Below, in pieces: positions 9,014 to 19,389 of a stretch of 64,000 nt of DNA. The notes beneath the pieces are model-generated. The model was not told the origin of the DNA. It did no database searches and saw nothing but the letters and a program-made list of their open reading frames with translations. A program made the translations under genes and the position numbers. The stretch is from assembly GCF_058153355.1 (NCBI RefSeq), contig NZ_CM177019.1; one strand, written 5' to 3'. Within the stretch, counting starts at the first letter, position 1. Each line of letters starts with the position of its first letter.

Positions 9014-9021
9014 CAGCACAA

Positions 9022-10563
9022 TCACTCTTCGCTTTTCTTCTGGTTTAAGCCATATTCCCGCAACTTATTGGCAATCGCGGTATGCGAAACGCCGAGACGT
9101 TTTGCCAGTTTGCGCGTGCTGGGATAATTGCGATAAAGCTGAGTTAATACCGAGCGTTCAAAACGGCTGGTAATTTCGTCCAGCGAACCTTCCATCGCAT
9201 CTTCGCCCACGGCTACCGTTGCGGCGTCATAATCCGGCAACAAAATATCCTGAGGACGCAGCTCATAGCCGTCCAGTTGTGTCAGTGCGCGATAGATAGC
9301 GTTCTTTAACTGCCGCACATTTCCCGGCCACGCATAACGCGTAAGTACAGTATTCAGGTCAGCGGCCAGTTTCGGACGCGGCACGCCCTGCTCGTCGGCA
9401 AAGCGAGCGACGAACAGTTCAGTTAACGGCATGATGTCCTGCGGACAGTCACGTAACGGCGGCAGATTGAGCGTCAACACGTTCAGACGATAATAGAGAT
9501 CTTCACGGAACACGCCTTTTTGCACCAGTTCGACCAAATTCTTCTGCGTAGCGCAAATAACCCTTACATCGACATGCACTTCATGATCTTCACCAACTCG
9601 ACGGAAAGTACCATCATTAAGGAAACGCAGTAATTTCGCCTGCATCCTTGGCGACATCTCGCCTATCTCATCTAACAGCACCGAACCACCGTTCGCCTGC
9701 TCAAAGAACCCTTTTTTACCTTCCGGAGCATGACCAAACAGTTCACTCTCGACCGCATCTTCCGGTATAGACGCGCAGTTCAGCGCCAGGTAAGGTTTGC
9801 CCGCTCGTGGGCTTGCCTGATGGCAGGCGTAGGCAAAGAGATCTTTACCTGTACCGGTGTCACCCGTAATCAGCAACGGCGCGCTTAGCATCGCCAGTTT
9901 CTGCGCCTGTTCGACAACATGCTTCATTTTCGGGCTGACGGCGACAATTTGACTGAAGGCACTGACGTCCTGTGCAGCGACATTCTGCAACTGACGGCCC
10001 ATACGAATCGTCGAGCGCAACATCACCACCGCACCGGTCAGAACGTGTTGATCATTTTCATCCTGAAGATAAACAGGCGTAATCTCCATCAGGAAATTCT
10101 GCCCATTAATAACGACATGCTCGTTATGCGAGTCTTGCGGTTCGCTTTCCAGCCAGCGTAAAAAATTAAAGCCGTTAATTAATTGCGCGGCGGTATGGTT
10201 GCGCAGGCGATCCAATTTTTGCCCAAAAAGCTGACAGCTCGCCGGGTTCGCCATATCCACTTTGCTTTTCATATCAACAGAAAGCACAGGTTCAGGCAAC
10301 GCCTCCAGTAACGCGCTCAACGCCAGATGCTCACGTTCGGAAGGCATCCACGGGACAGTACGCACATCGGTAACACCTGCAATACGGCGTATTTCGGCCA
10401 TCAGACTGCTGAAGCTCTCAAACTCCAGTTCAGCAAAATTGAGGTAGATTCGCCCAATGGGGTCAATCTCAATACCGCGTAAATCAATGCCTCTCAGCAC
10501 CAGTAAATCGAGTAATTCGCGGGTCAGACCAAGTCGGTCTTCACAAAAGACTTCCAGACGCAT
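9022..10563 (-). CDS. tyrR: Transcriptional regulator TyrR (sigma-54-interaction-type AAA+ domain, C-terminal HTH)
   Basis: ORF 9022..10590; start at MRLEVFCEDRLGLTRELLDLL gives 513 aa; GDTGTGKD Walker A and C-terminal HTH present; recognised as E. coli TyrR. Confidence 0.95.
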   Translation of the reverse strand: MRLEVFCEDRLGLTRELLDLLVLRGIDLRGIEIDPIGRIYLNFAELEFESFSSLMAEIRRIAGVTDVRTVPWMPSEREHLALSALLEALPEPVLSVDMKSKVDMANPASCQLFGQKLDRLRNHTAAQLINGFNFLRWLESEPQDSHNEHVVINGQNFLMEITPVYLQDENDQHVLTGAVVMLRSTIRMGRQLQNVAAQDVSAFSQIVAVSPKMKHVVEQAQKLAMLSAPLLITGDTGTGKDLFAYACHQASPRAGKPYLALNCASIPEDAVESELFGHAPEGKKGFFEQANGGSVLLDEIGEMSPRMQAKLLRFLNDGTFRRVGEDHEVHVDVRVICATQKNLVELVQKGVFREDLYYRLNVLTLNLPPLRDCPQDIMPLTELFVARFADEQGVPRPKLAADLNTVLTRYAWPGNVRQLKNAIYRALTQLDGYELRPQDILLPDYDAATVAVGEDAMEGSLDEITSRFERSVLTQLYRNYPSTRKLAKRLGVSHTAIANKLREYGLNQKKSEE

Positions 10564-10633
10564 GGGAACCTTCACCTGAAAAAAGAACAATTAATATGAT
10601 GATATGACACTATTTGGATAGCAGGAAGGTTTC

Positions 10634-10651
10634 TGTCAACAATCATTGACA
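10634..10651. promoter_or_regulatory. Candidate TyrR box (TGTCAA-N6-TTGACA) in the tyrR promoter region
   Basis: Palindrome tgtcaacaatcattgaca about 70 bp upstream of the tyrR start; resembles the TyrR-box consensus TGTAAA-N6-TTTACA (tyrR is autoregulated). Confidence 0.5.
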
Positions 10652-10710
10652 CAAAGACGGAAAAACGGGCACTTCGGCGTAAAGATATCCGGTCAGCACC
10701 CGATATTGCA

Positions 10711-11772
10711 TTATTTTTCGCTGGGCGTTTTGCCTTTTTGCAGCGTCTCTTTCACCTGACCGATAAGCTGACGACGGAAATCCCCGAGGCGAGGTTTGTC
10801 ATCGTCAATCCACGGCAGCGGGCGGCAAAGCTCCATAGCTTTAATCCCCAGTCGCGCCGTCAGAAGTCCAGCACCAATCCCCTGAGCTGCGCGGGTAGAC
10901 AAACGCGCAGCGAGATCTTGCGACATCCAGTCCATCCCCACTTCGCGCACCAGTTCGCTGGCTCCGGCGAAAGCGATATTCAGCAATACCAGCTTAAACA
11001 GGCGCAAACGGCTGTAATATCCCAGTTCAATGCCATACAGCGTGGCGATGCGATTGATCAAACGCAGATTGCGCCAGGCGATAAATGCCATATCCACCAG
11101 CGCCAGCGGGCTAACGGCGATCATTAACGTTGATTCCGCCGCTGAGCGACTGATTTCGCGCCGCGCCTGAGCATCTAAAACCGGCTGGACCAGATGAGCA
11201 TACAGGCTGACCACTTCACGATCGTTCTGCGTTTCATGGATTGACGCATACCAGCGTTGCAGCGCCGGATGGGACTGATCAATACCCGCCTGCTGCGCCA
11301 GTTTTTCACAAAATGCGCGGCCTTTGCCCGTGCCGTGGCTGTGCAATAAATCACGCGCTTCGTCGCGTTCATGGGCGCGCTGTCGCAAGCGCCATAAGCG
11401 CCGCCACTCTGTTACCACAGAACCTACGCCAGCGCCGATAATCAATGCCCCAGCGGCACATCCACCCAGCGCTACCCAATCCTGAGTTTGCCAGGCATTC
11501 ATCGTCCACTGCACGCCCTGTCCGACAACGCTTGCACCAAACAGAGCCAACCCGCCCATCACCATTTTGCGCCACAGGCTGCGTTTCGGACGTAACGCCG
11601 CGTCCATCACCGCTTCAACTTGCCCCTCTTCTTCCTGCGCTTCGTCGAGCGTGGCCGGGGCAAAATTTTGCGCCTGATTTTCGTCAAAGGTCTGCTGCGC
11701 CCTGAATTTTGGATTCTGATCGACCTCCAGTGGACCGTCGAAATCAATACGTGGTTTTAACGGTTCGGTCAT
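10711..11772 (-). CDS. ycjF: Inner-membrane protein YcjF (UPF0283 family)
   Basis: 353-aa [26 protein letters not shown]...; hydrophobic segments; overlaps ycjX stop (operon ycjXF). Confidence 0.9.
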   Translation of the reverse strand: MTEPLKPRIDFDGPLEVDQNPKFRAQQTFDENQAQNFAPATLDEAQEEEGQVEAVMDAALRPKRSLWRKMVMGGLALFGASVVGQGVQWTMNAWQTQDWVALGGCAAGALIIGAGVGSVVTEWRRLWRLRQRAHERDEARDLLHSHGTGKGRAFCEKLAQQAGIDQSHPALQRWYASIHETQNDREVVSLYAHLVQPVLDAQARREISRSAAESTLMIAVSPLALVDMAFIAWRNLRLINRIATLYGIELGYYSRLRLFKLVLLNIAFAGASELVREVGMDWMSQDLAARLSTRAAQGIGAGLLTARLGIKAMELCRPLPWIDDDKPRLGDFRRQLIGQVKETLQKGKTPSEK

Positions 11773-13166
11773 CGCAATTTATCTCCTATTAAAAATTCCA
11801 GCGCAGCATCAAGGCGAATATGCGGCAACGGTTTGTCGACATCCATCACCTGCGGGCGAAACGCCTCAAACTGGAAGCCTTGCTTATCCCAGAACGCCTG
11901 GCCAGGCAAACGTGCGGGAACTTCGCCAGGATACACAGTGAGCGGTGCGCCATCGCTGAGTCGATTACCGCGCAGCGCCGGGATTTTCTCACCGTTAACA
12001 TCAATAATGCCGCTGGTGGTCGCCTGAACTGACGCCAGCCCCAGGCAGTCCATGCTGATCCCTTCGAACGCCGCATTTTGCCAGGCATCCTGAATCAGTT
12101 GTTGCAGTAATGAAACCATATTGGCGTGCTGATCGATGGTCACATGATCCGCTTTAGTGGCAGCAAACAATAGCTTATCGATAACCGGCGAAAACAAGCG
12201 CCGGAACAAGGTACGCTGCCCGTAGTGGAAGCTTTGCATCAGCTGCGTCAGCGCCAGACGCATATCATTGAATGCTTGTGGTCCACTGTTGAGAGGTTGC
12301 AGGCAATCCACCAGCACAATCTGCCGATCAAAGCGCAGAAAATGATTTTTATAGAACCCCTTCACCACTTTCTCGCAGTAATAATTAAACCGTTCGCGCA
12401 GCATTCCGGCATTGGTGTGCTTGTCGGCCTGTGCAAGTTTTGATTCGCCCCAGGCATCGACATCTGGCCACGGGAAGAATTGCAGCGCGGGCGCACCTGC
12501 CATATCGCCCGGCAAGACAAAACGCCCAGGCTGAATAAAGTGCAGCCCCTGCTGTTTGCAGTGGTGGAGATAATCGGTCCATGCGGCAGCAATGTCTGCA
12601 AGACGGTTTTCGTCGGCAGGTGCTAGTGGGTCCAGCCCTTCGCACATCATTCGCCATTTTGCCGACCATTCGCCGCGCTGACCATTGAGTAAGCCTGTCA
12701 TCTGGCGCGACCAGCTTAAATAGTCCTGCGCCAACATCGGCAAGTCGAGTAACCATTCGCCAGGATAATCCACTATCTCCAGATACAACGTGGAAGTGTC
12801 TTTGAAGTGACGCAACAGCGAATCGTTCGATTTATAGCGTAGCGCCAGGCGAATCTCACTGACGCCGCGTGTTGGGGTCGGCCAGGCGGGAGGATCGCCA
12901 TATAACTGCGCCAGCCCTTCATCGTAGGTGAAGCGCGGAATGCCAAAGTCACGCTGGGGAATGCGTTTTACGCCCAGCAGGCGCTCTTCACGCACCGCAC
13001 TTAATAGCGGCAAGCGTGCTCCGGCATGAATATTGAGCAACTGATTGACCATCGCAGTGATAAACGCGGTTTTGCCGCTGCGGCTAAGTCCGGTTACAGC
13101 GAGGCGCAGATGTCTGTCGACACCCCGATTCACCAGCGCATTAAGTTCATTTTTAAGTCGCTTCAT
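11769..13166 (-). CDS. ycjX: Conserved P-loop NTPase YcjX
   Basis: ORF 11769..13253; start at [35 protein letters not shown] gives 465 aa with Walker A GLSRSGKT. Confidence 0.9.
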   Translation of the reverse strand: MKRLKNELNALVNRGVDRHLRLAVTGLSRSGKTAFITAMVNQLLNIHAGARLPLLSAVREERLLGVKRIPQRDFGIPRFTYDEGLAQLYGDPPAWPTPTRGVSEIRLALRYKSNDSLLRHFKDTSTLYLEIVDYPGEWLLDLPMLAQDYLSWSRQMTGLLNGQRGEWSAKWRMMCEGLDPLAPADENRLADIAAAWTDYLHHCKQQGLHFIQPGRFVLPGDMAGAPALQFFPWPDVDAWGESKLAQADKHTNAGMLRERFNYYCEKVVKGFYKNHFLRFDRQIVLVDCLQPLNSGPQAFNDMRLALTQLMQSFHYGQRTLFRRLFSPVIDKLLFAATKADHVTIDQHANMVSLLQQLIQDAWQNAAFEGISMDCLGLASVQATTSGIIDVNGEKIPALRGNRLSDGAPLTVYPGEVPARLPGQAFWDKQGFQFEAFRPQVMDVDKPLPHIRLDAALEFLIGDKLR

Positions 13167-13310
13167 TGCTGTCCTGTGGACCAGAAAAAAATCATTCGTA
13201 AGGATATGAATGTGGGGGCCATGCCCTTGATTATCAACTGCCCGTGTTGTCATCTTGAGGCGAACTCCATAAGATGTGCAGCATTCACGTTCGGACGGAG
13301 TTCCTGACCT

Positions 13311-14309
13311 ATGTCCCCTACTATTTATGATATTGCCAGGGTTGCCGGCGTATCAAAATCCACCGTATCACGCGTGCTGAATAAGCAAACCAATATCTCC
13401 CCGGAAGCGCGCGAAAAAGTGTTACGGGCCATTGAAGAATTACAGTATCAGCCAAATAAACTGGCCCGCGCGCTGACCTCTTCGGGCTTTGATGCCATTA
13501 TGGTGATTTCTACCCGCTCGACCAAAACTACGGCGGGTAACCCGTTTTTCTCCGAAGTTTTGCATGCCATTACCGCCAAAGCGGAAGATGAGGGTTTCGA
13601 CGTGATATTGCAGACGTCGCACAACCCAGCTGAAGACTTACAAAAATGTGAAAGCAAAATTAAGCAGAAAATGATTAAAGGCATTATTATGCTAAGTTCG
13701 CCAGCAGATGAGTCTTTTTTCGCCCAACTCGATAAATACGATATTCCGGTGGTAGTAATTGGCAAAGTTGAAGGTGAATATGCCCATGTTTATTCTGTCG
13801 ATACCGATAATTTTGGCGACAGTATTGCGCTGACCGATGCGCTAATTGAAAGTGGACATAAAAATATTGCCTGCCTACATGCTCCGCTTGATGTCCATGT
13901 TTCGGTTGACCGCGTTAATGGTTATAAGCAAAGTCTGGAAGATCATAATATTGCAGTGCGCAATGAGTGGATCGTTGACGGTGGTTATACCCATGAGACA
14001 GCACTACAAGCCGCGCGGGAATTATTAAGCCAGTCACCGTTGCCTGAGGCAGTGTTTGCTACTGACAGCCTGAAATTAATGAGCATTTATCGTGCGGCGG
14101 CAGAGAAAAACATTGCTATTCCGCAGCAGTTAGCGGTGGTGGGTTATAGTAATGAAACGCTGTCGTTTATATTAACGCCTGCACCGGGCGGCATCGATGT
14201 TCCGACGCAGGAGTTAGGTCAACAAAGCTGCGAGTTATTATTCCGCTTAATTGCCGGAAAACCGTCACCACAAAATATTACCGTTGCCACGCATATGTCG
14301 TTGAAATAA
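13311..14309 (+). CDS. ycjW: LacI-family transcriptional repressor YcjW
   Basis: 332-aa ORF with N-terminal HTH ([22 protein letters not shown]) and periplasmic-binding-protein-like effector domain. Confidence 0.9.
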   Translation: MSPTIYDIARVAGVSKSTVSRVLNKQTNISPEAREKVLRAIEELQYQPNKLARALTSSGFDAIMVISTRSTKTTAGNPFFSEVLHAITAKAEDEGFDVILQTSHNPAEDLQKCESKIKQKMIKGIIMLSSPADESFFAQLDKYDIPVVVIGKVEGEYAHVYSVDTDNFGDSIALTDALIESGHKNIACLHAPLDVHVSVDRVNGYKQSLEDHNIAVRNEWIVDGGYTHETALQAARELLSQSPLPEAVFATDSLKLMSIYRAAAEKNIAIPQQLAVVGYSNETLSFILTPAPGGIDVPTQELGQQSCELLFRLIAGKPSPQNITVATHMSLK

Positions 14310-14323
14310 ATGCCAGCTACGTT

Positions 14324-14407
14324 GCCTGAATGCCGGATGCGATGCTGGCGCATCTTATCCGGCCTACATTTATAAACCGGATAAAGTACTCGCGCCGCAT
14401 CCGGCAA
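14324..14407. repeat. REP/BIME-type extragenic palindromes between ycjW and ompG
   Basis: Two REP-like units (gcctgaatgccggatgcg...cgcatcttatccggcctaca and ccggataaagtactcgcgccgcatccggcaa) in the convergent intergenic space. Confidence 0.65.
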
Positions 14408-14419
14408 TTTAGCACATTA

Positions 14420-15325
14420 TCAGAACGCGTAATTCACACCGACACCTGCATAATGGAATTTATCGCTATCGCCTTCGTCGTGATCCTGCCACTCAAACGC
14501 GTATTCCAGCGAAACGGAAAGACCATTCTGGAAATCATAACCGTAAAACAAACCAAGACGGTTAAAATCATGGCCCTCACGTTCGATATCATCCTGCCAG
14601 TCCCAGTTACTCCAGCGATCCAACCCAATGCGCGTATACGGTGTCACCGAGTGGTTGCCGAGCGTCAGCGGTAAATAGGCGCGAATTTCTTGCGTGGAGA
14701 ATTCACCGTTATTGCGGCTGTCGTCCATATTGAAGCCGCGCTCGAGATAATAGTTCACTCGCAAGGCAACCGTTTCGTTGAAGGTATATTGCAGACCCGT
14801 TTCCGTTTCGACACGGGTATCAGCATAACCGGTTGTATTCAGATCGTTGGCAAATTTATACATCGACAGCCAACCGTTGAAACGTAAATCGTCAGTCAGT
14901 TTCACGTCCCAGTCTGGCGCGATTTTCCAGCGCTGCATATTTGCCGTGTCTTTACCCGGTTCATCAACGTAGTGATAACCATAGTTACGGAAACCACCGG
15001 TCAGGCCGAAACTGAAATCATCGCTTTCGAGAAACTGATAATGCACTTCCAGTTCCGGGCGATCAAACCAGGTTCCACGTTTACCCGCGCTATAATCTAC
15101 TGGCCCTTCCTGATAATAAGCCAGCGATATTCTCCACGGCCCGTTGGCAGCATTAAAATAGACGGAAGGCTCCGCCAGCCCGTCCATATCTTCGCCATAA
15201 CCCTCAACGTTTTCTATTTCGTACATCGCGCCGATATTAAAGTGCCAGTCGTTTTTTTCCTCAGCCTGTGCGCAGGCCATTCCCGCACACATCACCAGTG
15301 CGGTACAGGGTAATAACTTTTTCAT
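14420..15325 (-). CDS. ompG: Outer membrane porin OmpG
   Basis: 301-aa ORF with signal peptide MKKLLPCTALVMCAGMACAQA and beta-barrel-type alternating pattern ending ...GVGVNYAF. Confidence 0.9.
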   Translation of the reverse strand: MKKLLPCTALVMCAGMACAQAEEKNDWHFNIGAMYEIENVEGYGEDMDGLAEPSVYFNAANGPWRISLAYYQEGPVDYSAGKRGTWFDRPELEVHYQFLESDDFSFGLTGGFRNYGYHYVDEPGKDTANMQRWKIAPDWDVKLTDDLRFNGWLSMYKFANDLNTTGYADTRVETETGLQYTFNETVALRVNYYLERGFNMDDSRNNGEFSTQEIRAYLPLTLGNHSVTPYTRIGLDRWSNWDWQDDIEREGHDFNRLGLFYGYDFQNGLSVSLEYAFEWQDHDEGDSDKFHYAGVGVNYAF

Positions 15326-15369
15326 TATTGTTCCTTGTATTATCCTGGGGGAATGCCTTCCCCCTGTAT

Positions 15370-16452
15370 TTAGCGAATTGCTATTTCCGTTTCTGCATCA
15401 AAGAAATGACATTTGGTCATATCGAAATGAATAGTGACGTTTTCTCCTGCATGATAATCATTTAACGCACCGGCACGGACCACCAGCTCGTGCCCCCCAA
15501 CCGTGGTGTAGAGCATAAATTCCGCACCGGTTAATTCCGCCACGCTAATTTTGGCGGAAATGTTATTTTCCTCTTGCGCATCCGGATGAATATCTTCCGG
15601 GCGTATTCCCATCACGATGGGCTTATGCAAACTTTCCTGCGTTTTTAGAACCGCTAATTTATCTTCGGGAATGGTTAATTTAAGCGTTTCCGTAACGAAT
15701 TTATCACCATCGATCGTGCCGCGAATAAAATTCATTGCTGGTGACCCAATAAATCCGGCAACAAACATATTCGCCGGTTGGTTATAGACCGTTTTCGGCG
15801 CACCGACCTGCTGAACAATCCCATCCTTCATAATGACAATCCGCGTCGCCATGGTCATCGCTTCGGTCTGATCGTGGGTCACGTAGATCATGGTGGTGTT
15901 CAGTTTCTGATGCAGCTTGCTGATTTCCGCGCGCATTTGTACGCGCAGCTTGGCATCCAGGTTAGAGAGCGGTTCATCCATCAAAAACACGCCCGCTTCG
16001 CGCACAATCGCCCGTCCGAGCGCCACACGCTGGCGTTGCCCGCCGGAAAGCGCACCCGGCTTGCGTTTCAGGTACTCACGCAGGCCAAGGATTTGCGCCG
16101 CCCAGTTAACCCGCTCATCAATCACCTCTTTGGCGATTTTTTGCATCTTCAGGCCAAACGCCATGTTGTCGTAGACCGTCATATGCGGATACAGCGCGTA
16201 GTTCTGGAAAACCATCGCGATATTGCGCGCTTTGGCCGGAACGTCGTTCATTCGTTTGCCGTCGATCAACAGATCGCCGCCGCTGATCTCCTCAAGCCCG
16301 GCAATCATACGCAGGGTGGTCGATTTACCGCAGCCCGACGGACCGACAAACACGATGAACTCTTTATCGGCAATCTCCAGGTTGAAGTCCTTCACCACAT
16401 GCACCTGGTTATCGTAGATCTTTTGAATATGTTGTAACGAAAGCTGTGCCAT
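15370..16452 (-). CDS. ycjV: ABC transporter ATP-binding subunit (MalK/UgpC-like), apparently intact
   Basis: 360-aa ORF with Walker A GPSGCGKST, signature LSGGQRQR, Walker B FLMDEPLSNLD and C-terminal TOBE-like domain. Confidence 0.85.
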   Translation of the reverse strand: MAQLSLQHIQKIYDNQVHVVKDFNLEIADKEFIVFVGPSGCGKSTTLRMIAGLEEISGGDLLIDGKRMNDVPAKARNIAMVFQNYALYPHMTVYDNMAFGLKMQKIAKEVIDERVNWAAQILGLREYLKRKPGALSGGQRQRVALGRAIVREAGVFLMDEPLSNLDAKLRVQMRAEISKLHQKLNTTMIYVTHDQTEAMTMATRIVIMKDGIVQQVGAPKTVYNQPANMFVAGFIGSPAMNFIRGTIDGDKFVTETLKLTIPEDKLAVLKTQESLHKPIVMGIRPEDIHPDAQEENNISAKISVAELTGAEFMLYTTVGGHELVVRAGALNDYHAGENVTIHFDMTKCHFFDAETEIAIR

Positions 16453-16465
16453 GTTGATTCCTTTG

Positions 16466-17125
16466 CTATACGTTTTGCCAGAAGGCCGATAACCGCGGCC
16501 AGGTCAGAGATTCCGTTGAGGGCAGCAACAGTTGCGCCCCGGTTAAGCTCGTGCCGATCCCCACCGAGCGCATACCGCTGGCGTTAATGGCGTCAATACC
16601 CGCCTGCGCATCTTCAATGCCGATACATGCCTGCGGCGGCACGCCCAGCCCGGCACAGGCGGCGAGAAAGATTTCCGGATCCGGTTTCGAGTGTTTAAGT
16701 TGGGAAGCGTCCGCGCAGAAGGTGAAAAACTCGCGCAGTTCCAGCGCCGCTAAAATTGTTGGGGCATTCAGAGAGACGGAGGCCAGCCCTACCGGGATGC
16801 CTTGCGCCCGAAGATCTGCCAGCAAAGGCCGAATTCCCGGCAGAACAGCGTTAACCGTCAGTTCGCGCAGTGAGTGGACGTAGAGCAGATTTTTGCGATA
16901 CGCCAGTTGCGCCCGCTCCTGTGGGTTAAAGTCGCCCTCTTTGCCCCCGTGTTGCAGAATGCGTCGCAGGGACTCATCGCGGCTGATCCCTTTTAACGTC
17001 TCGTTAAATTGCGCATCGATGCTGATGCCGATTTCGGCGGCAATCTGCTGCCATGCCTGGAAGTGCAGATGTGCGGTGTCGGTGATCACGCCATCCAGAT
17101 CGAAAATTACCCCTTGTAGTTTCAT
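16466..17125 (-). CDS. ycjU: Beta-phosphoglucomutase (HAD superfamily)
   Basis: 219-aa ORF with HAD motif [11 protein letters not shown]. Confidence 0.9.
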   Translation of the reverse strand: MKLQGVIFDLDGVITDTAHLHFQAWQQIAAEIGISIDAQFNETLKGISRDESLRRILQHGGKEGDFNPQERAQLAYRKNLLYVHSLRELTVNAVLPGIRPLLADLRAQGIPVGLASVSLNAPTILAALELREFFTFCADASQLKHSKPDPEIFLAACAGLGVPPQACIGIEDAQAGIDAINASGMRSVGIGTSLTGAQLLLPSTESLTWPRLSAFWQNV

Positions 17126-19389
17126 TCATCCTCCTGATGCGTGGTAGCGGTCCCATTGAAGGGCAAAATAAAATCACCCAAACAGAAAACAGATTCCTCA
17201 GCCACGGATATAAGCTGACCGTTCAAACGCATTGAAACGGGCGCAGAAGTTCGAATCGCAATACGCTGCGCGTCGAGAGTGACCTGTAATTCGCAGCCCT
17301 GCCAGAACAGAGGGAAAGATAACTGTTGCCACTGCTCAGGTAACGCTGGGTTCAGATGTAATTCGCCGTCGCGCACGCTGACTCCGGCAAAACCCTGAAT
17401 CGCCCCCAGCCAGATAGCGCCAGTTGCGGCGGCATGGATACCGTCATCGCAGCTATGCGGATCAGCACCAAGATCGATTTCACTCCCCTCGCGCCAGAAC
17501 GGGTAACTCTGCGCAAGCAAGCCACAACGCGCGGCAACAATGCCGTGGATCGCTTTACTCAATGACGAGTCGTGAATGGTGCGCGGTTCATAAAATTGCA
17601 GATTGGCGAGACAAGAGGCCGCTGAAAATTGTTCTGGTAGCATGTAATTGAGCATCACCACATCGGCCTGCTTGAGGATCTGCATCTCGTTCACTTCTGC
17701 GCGTGAATAATCCAGCAGAATGGTTTGTTTGCCTGCTGCCGCTTTGTATTTCGCCAGATCTATCGCCGGTTTCGCCATAAACGAATCATCCTGCGGCAAA
17801 ACGCCGTCGGGCTGAATTTCTGGCATCCACAGCTCTTTGAGGAACATGTCGGCACGATGAATAAACGCATCGTCGCTACAGCCAAACTGGCGAGCAATAT
17901 TCAGTGCCTGTTGGACGTTGTAGCAGGCCATATAACTTGTGTATGCGTTATTGTTAACGTGTTCGGTATATTCGTCTGGCCCAATAACATCATGAATTTC
18001 CAGACGATCGTTAACCCTTACCGCGCGGCTAATCCAGAACTTTGCGGTCTCCAGCAGTAGCGCCATGCCTTCGTGAGCAATGAAGCTTTCATCCCCCGTT
18101 ACCTGCCAGTATTGAATAACCGCCCAGGCGATATCGGCAACCAGATGATGTTCTGCCTGCGCTGAGGCCACTTTTTGCCGCAGCCCGGTACGAATGTTAA
18201 TGGCGGCAAATTCCGGCGTTTCTTCTTCGCCGCTACGTGCGCTCTCCCACGGAAACAGCGCGCCCTGCCAGCCATTGCGTCGCGCTTTCTCCTGCGCGCC
18301 AGGCAAGTTGTGCCAGCGATAGCGCAGTAAACTTCGGGCAATCGTCGGTTCGCTAAACAGATGGAACGGCAGCAGGAACACTTCCGTATCCCAGAAAACG
18401 TGGCCTTTGTAGCCTTCGCCGGTTAAGCCTTTCGCCGCAATGCTGCTACGCTCGTCGTGGGCGGGCGTCATAATACGTAAATGATAAAGCGCATAGTCTA
18501 ACGCCCGCTGATCGTGCGCATCGCAACTGTTTACCGTGACACGACGTTTCTGCCACCATTGCTGCCAGTTTTCTGTGGATGCTGCAAGAAGTTGGTCATA
18601 ACTCTGCTGCGCGCACATTTCGAGCTGGCGAAGCGACGCACTGCCCCACTCGTCTAAAGCAGCTTGTCGGTCGTCCCGCCAGGCAATCCACACCCGCTTT
18701 TGCAAGGTCAGTGTCTCACCTGTGCGAAGTTGCGCGCTGGTATGTTGCAGCAAACGGCGCTCTTTTGCGGTATAGCACTGCTGAACGTCACCACTCGCCT
18801 GACAGTGACAACTGATTGCCACATCACTGCGCCCATCCTGGGTGGTGTAGATCCCCTGCATCAGGTGCTGACCGAACACCCGCACCTGGGTTTCGTCAAG
18901 ATGCTGGCGACCGTGGTTGGTTTGCGTGGCGTTAATGCCTGTTGAGATCAGCACTGATGCCTCGGCGTCCAGCGGGGTAATACTGATTTCCAGCGCGATC
19001 AACGGCAGTTGATCTGTCGAAACAAAGCGACGACTTGCAAGGGTGAACCCTGCGCCGTCGCTGGTGCGCCAGATAACACTGCGGCGTAATTCTCCACTGG
19101 CAAAGTCAAGCTCACGCTGCCACGCTTCGCGGGATAACGAAAAAATCTCGCCGTTTAGGGTAATTTCCATTCCCACCACGTCTGGCAGATTCACCAGTTC
19201 GTTGATTTCACCTTTCCCGGCTCGATGATAAAGCCCTGCCAGATACATGCCGCGCGTCTGCCGCGTGTAATCTTCTTCATGGCTGGCACGAAGCCCAAGA
19301 TAGCCGTTTCCCTGCGCCATTAATGAGGCATATTTATTCAGGGTATGCTGGCTGAAATGGGGTTCCGTTAATGTTACTGGCCTGGTCAT
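17122..19389 (-). CDS. ycjT: Kojibiose phosphorylase (GH65 family)
   Basis: 755-aa ORF; position and size match E. coli ycjT; 4-bp overlap with ycjU. Confidence 0.9.
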   Translation of the reverse strand: MTRPVTLTEPHFSQHTLNKYASLMAQGNGYLGLRASHEEDYTRQTRGMYLAGLYHRAGKGEINELVNLPDVVGMEITLNGEIFSLSREAWQRELDFASGELRRSVIWRTSDGAGFTLASRRFVSTDQLPLIALEISITPLDAEASVLISTGINATQTNHGRQHLDETQVRVFGQHLMQGIYTTQDGRSDVAISCHCQASGDVQQCYTAKERRLLQHTSAQLRTGETLTLQKRVWIAWRDDRQAALDEWGSASLRQLEMCAQQSYDQLLAASTENWQQWWQKRRVTVNSCDAHDQRALDYALYHLRIMTPAHDERSSIAAKGLTGEGYKGHVFWDTEVFLLPFHLFSEPTIARSLLRYRWHNLPGAQEKARRNGWQGALFPWESARSGEEETPEFAAINIRTGLRQKVASAQAEHHLVADIAWAVIQYWQVTGDESFIAHEGMALLLETAKFWISRAVRVNDRLEIHDVIGPDEYTEHVNNNAYTSYMACYNVQQALNIARQFGCSDDAFIHRADMFLKELWMPEIQPDGVLPQDDSFMAKPAIDLAKYKAAAGKQTILLDYSRAEVNEMQILKQADVVMLNYMLPEQFSAASCLANLQFYEPRTIHDSSLSKAIHGIVAARCGLLAQSYPFWREGSEIDLGADPHSCDDGIHAAATGAIWLGAIQGFAGVSVRDGELHLNPALPEQWQQLSFPLFWQGCELQVTLDAQRIAIRTSAPVSMRLNGQLISVAEESVFCLGDFILPFNGTATTHQEDE
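17140..17156. promoter_or_regulatory. 17-bp motif cgtggtagcggtcccat at the ycjT/ycjU junction; exact copy at 27066-27082
   Basis: Exact 17-mer match seen directly; candidate operator (possibly for YcjW). Confidence 0.4.

Noticed and set aside
6819-9016. Short shared 8-mer tgaacggc in the hairpins on both sides of the orphan ORF, considered as a possible target-site duplication.
   Set aside because: 8 bp is far too short to be significant, and both occurrences are parts of different GC hairpins; insertion boundaries need a K-12 alignment.
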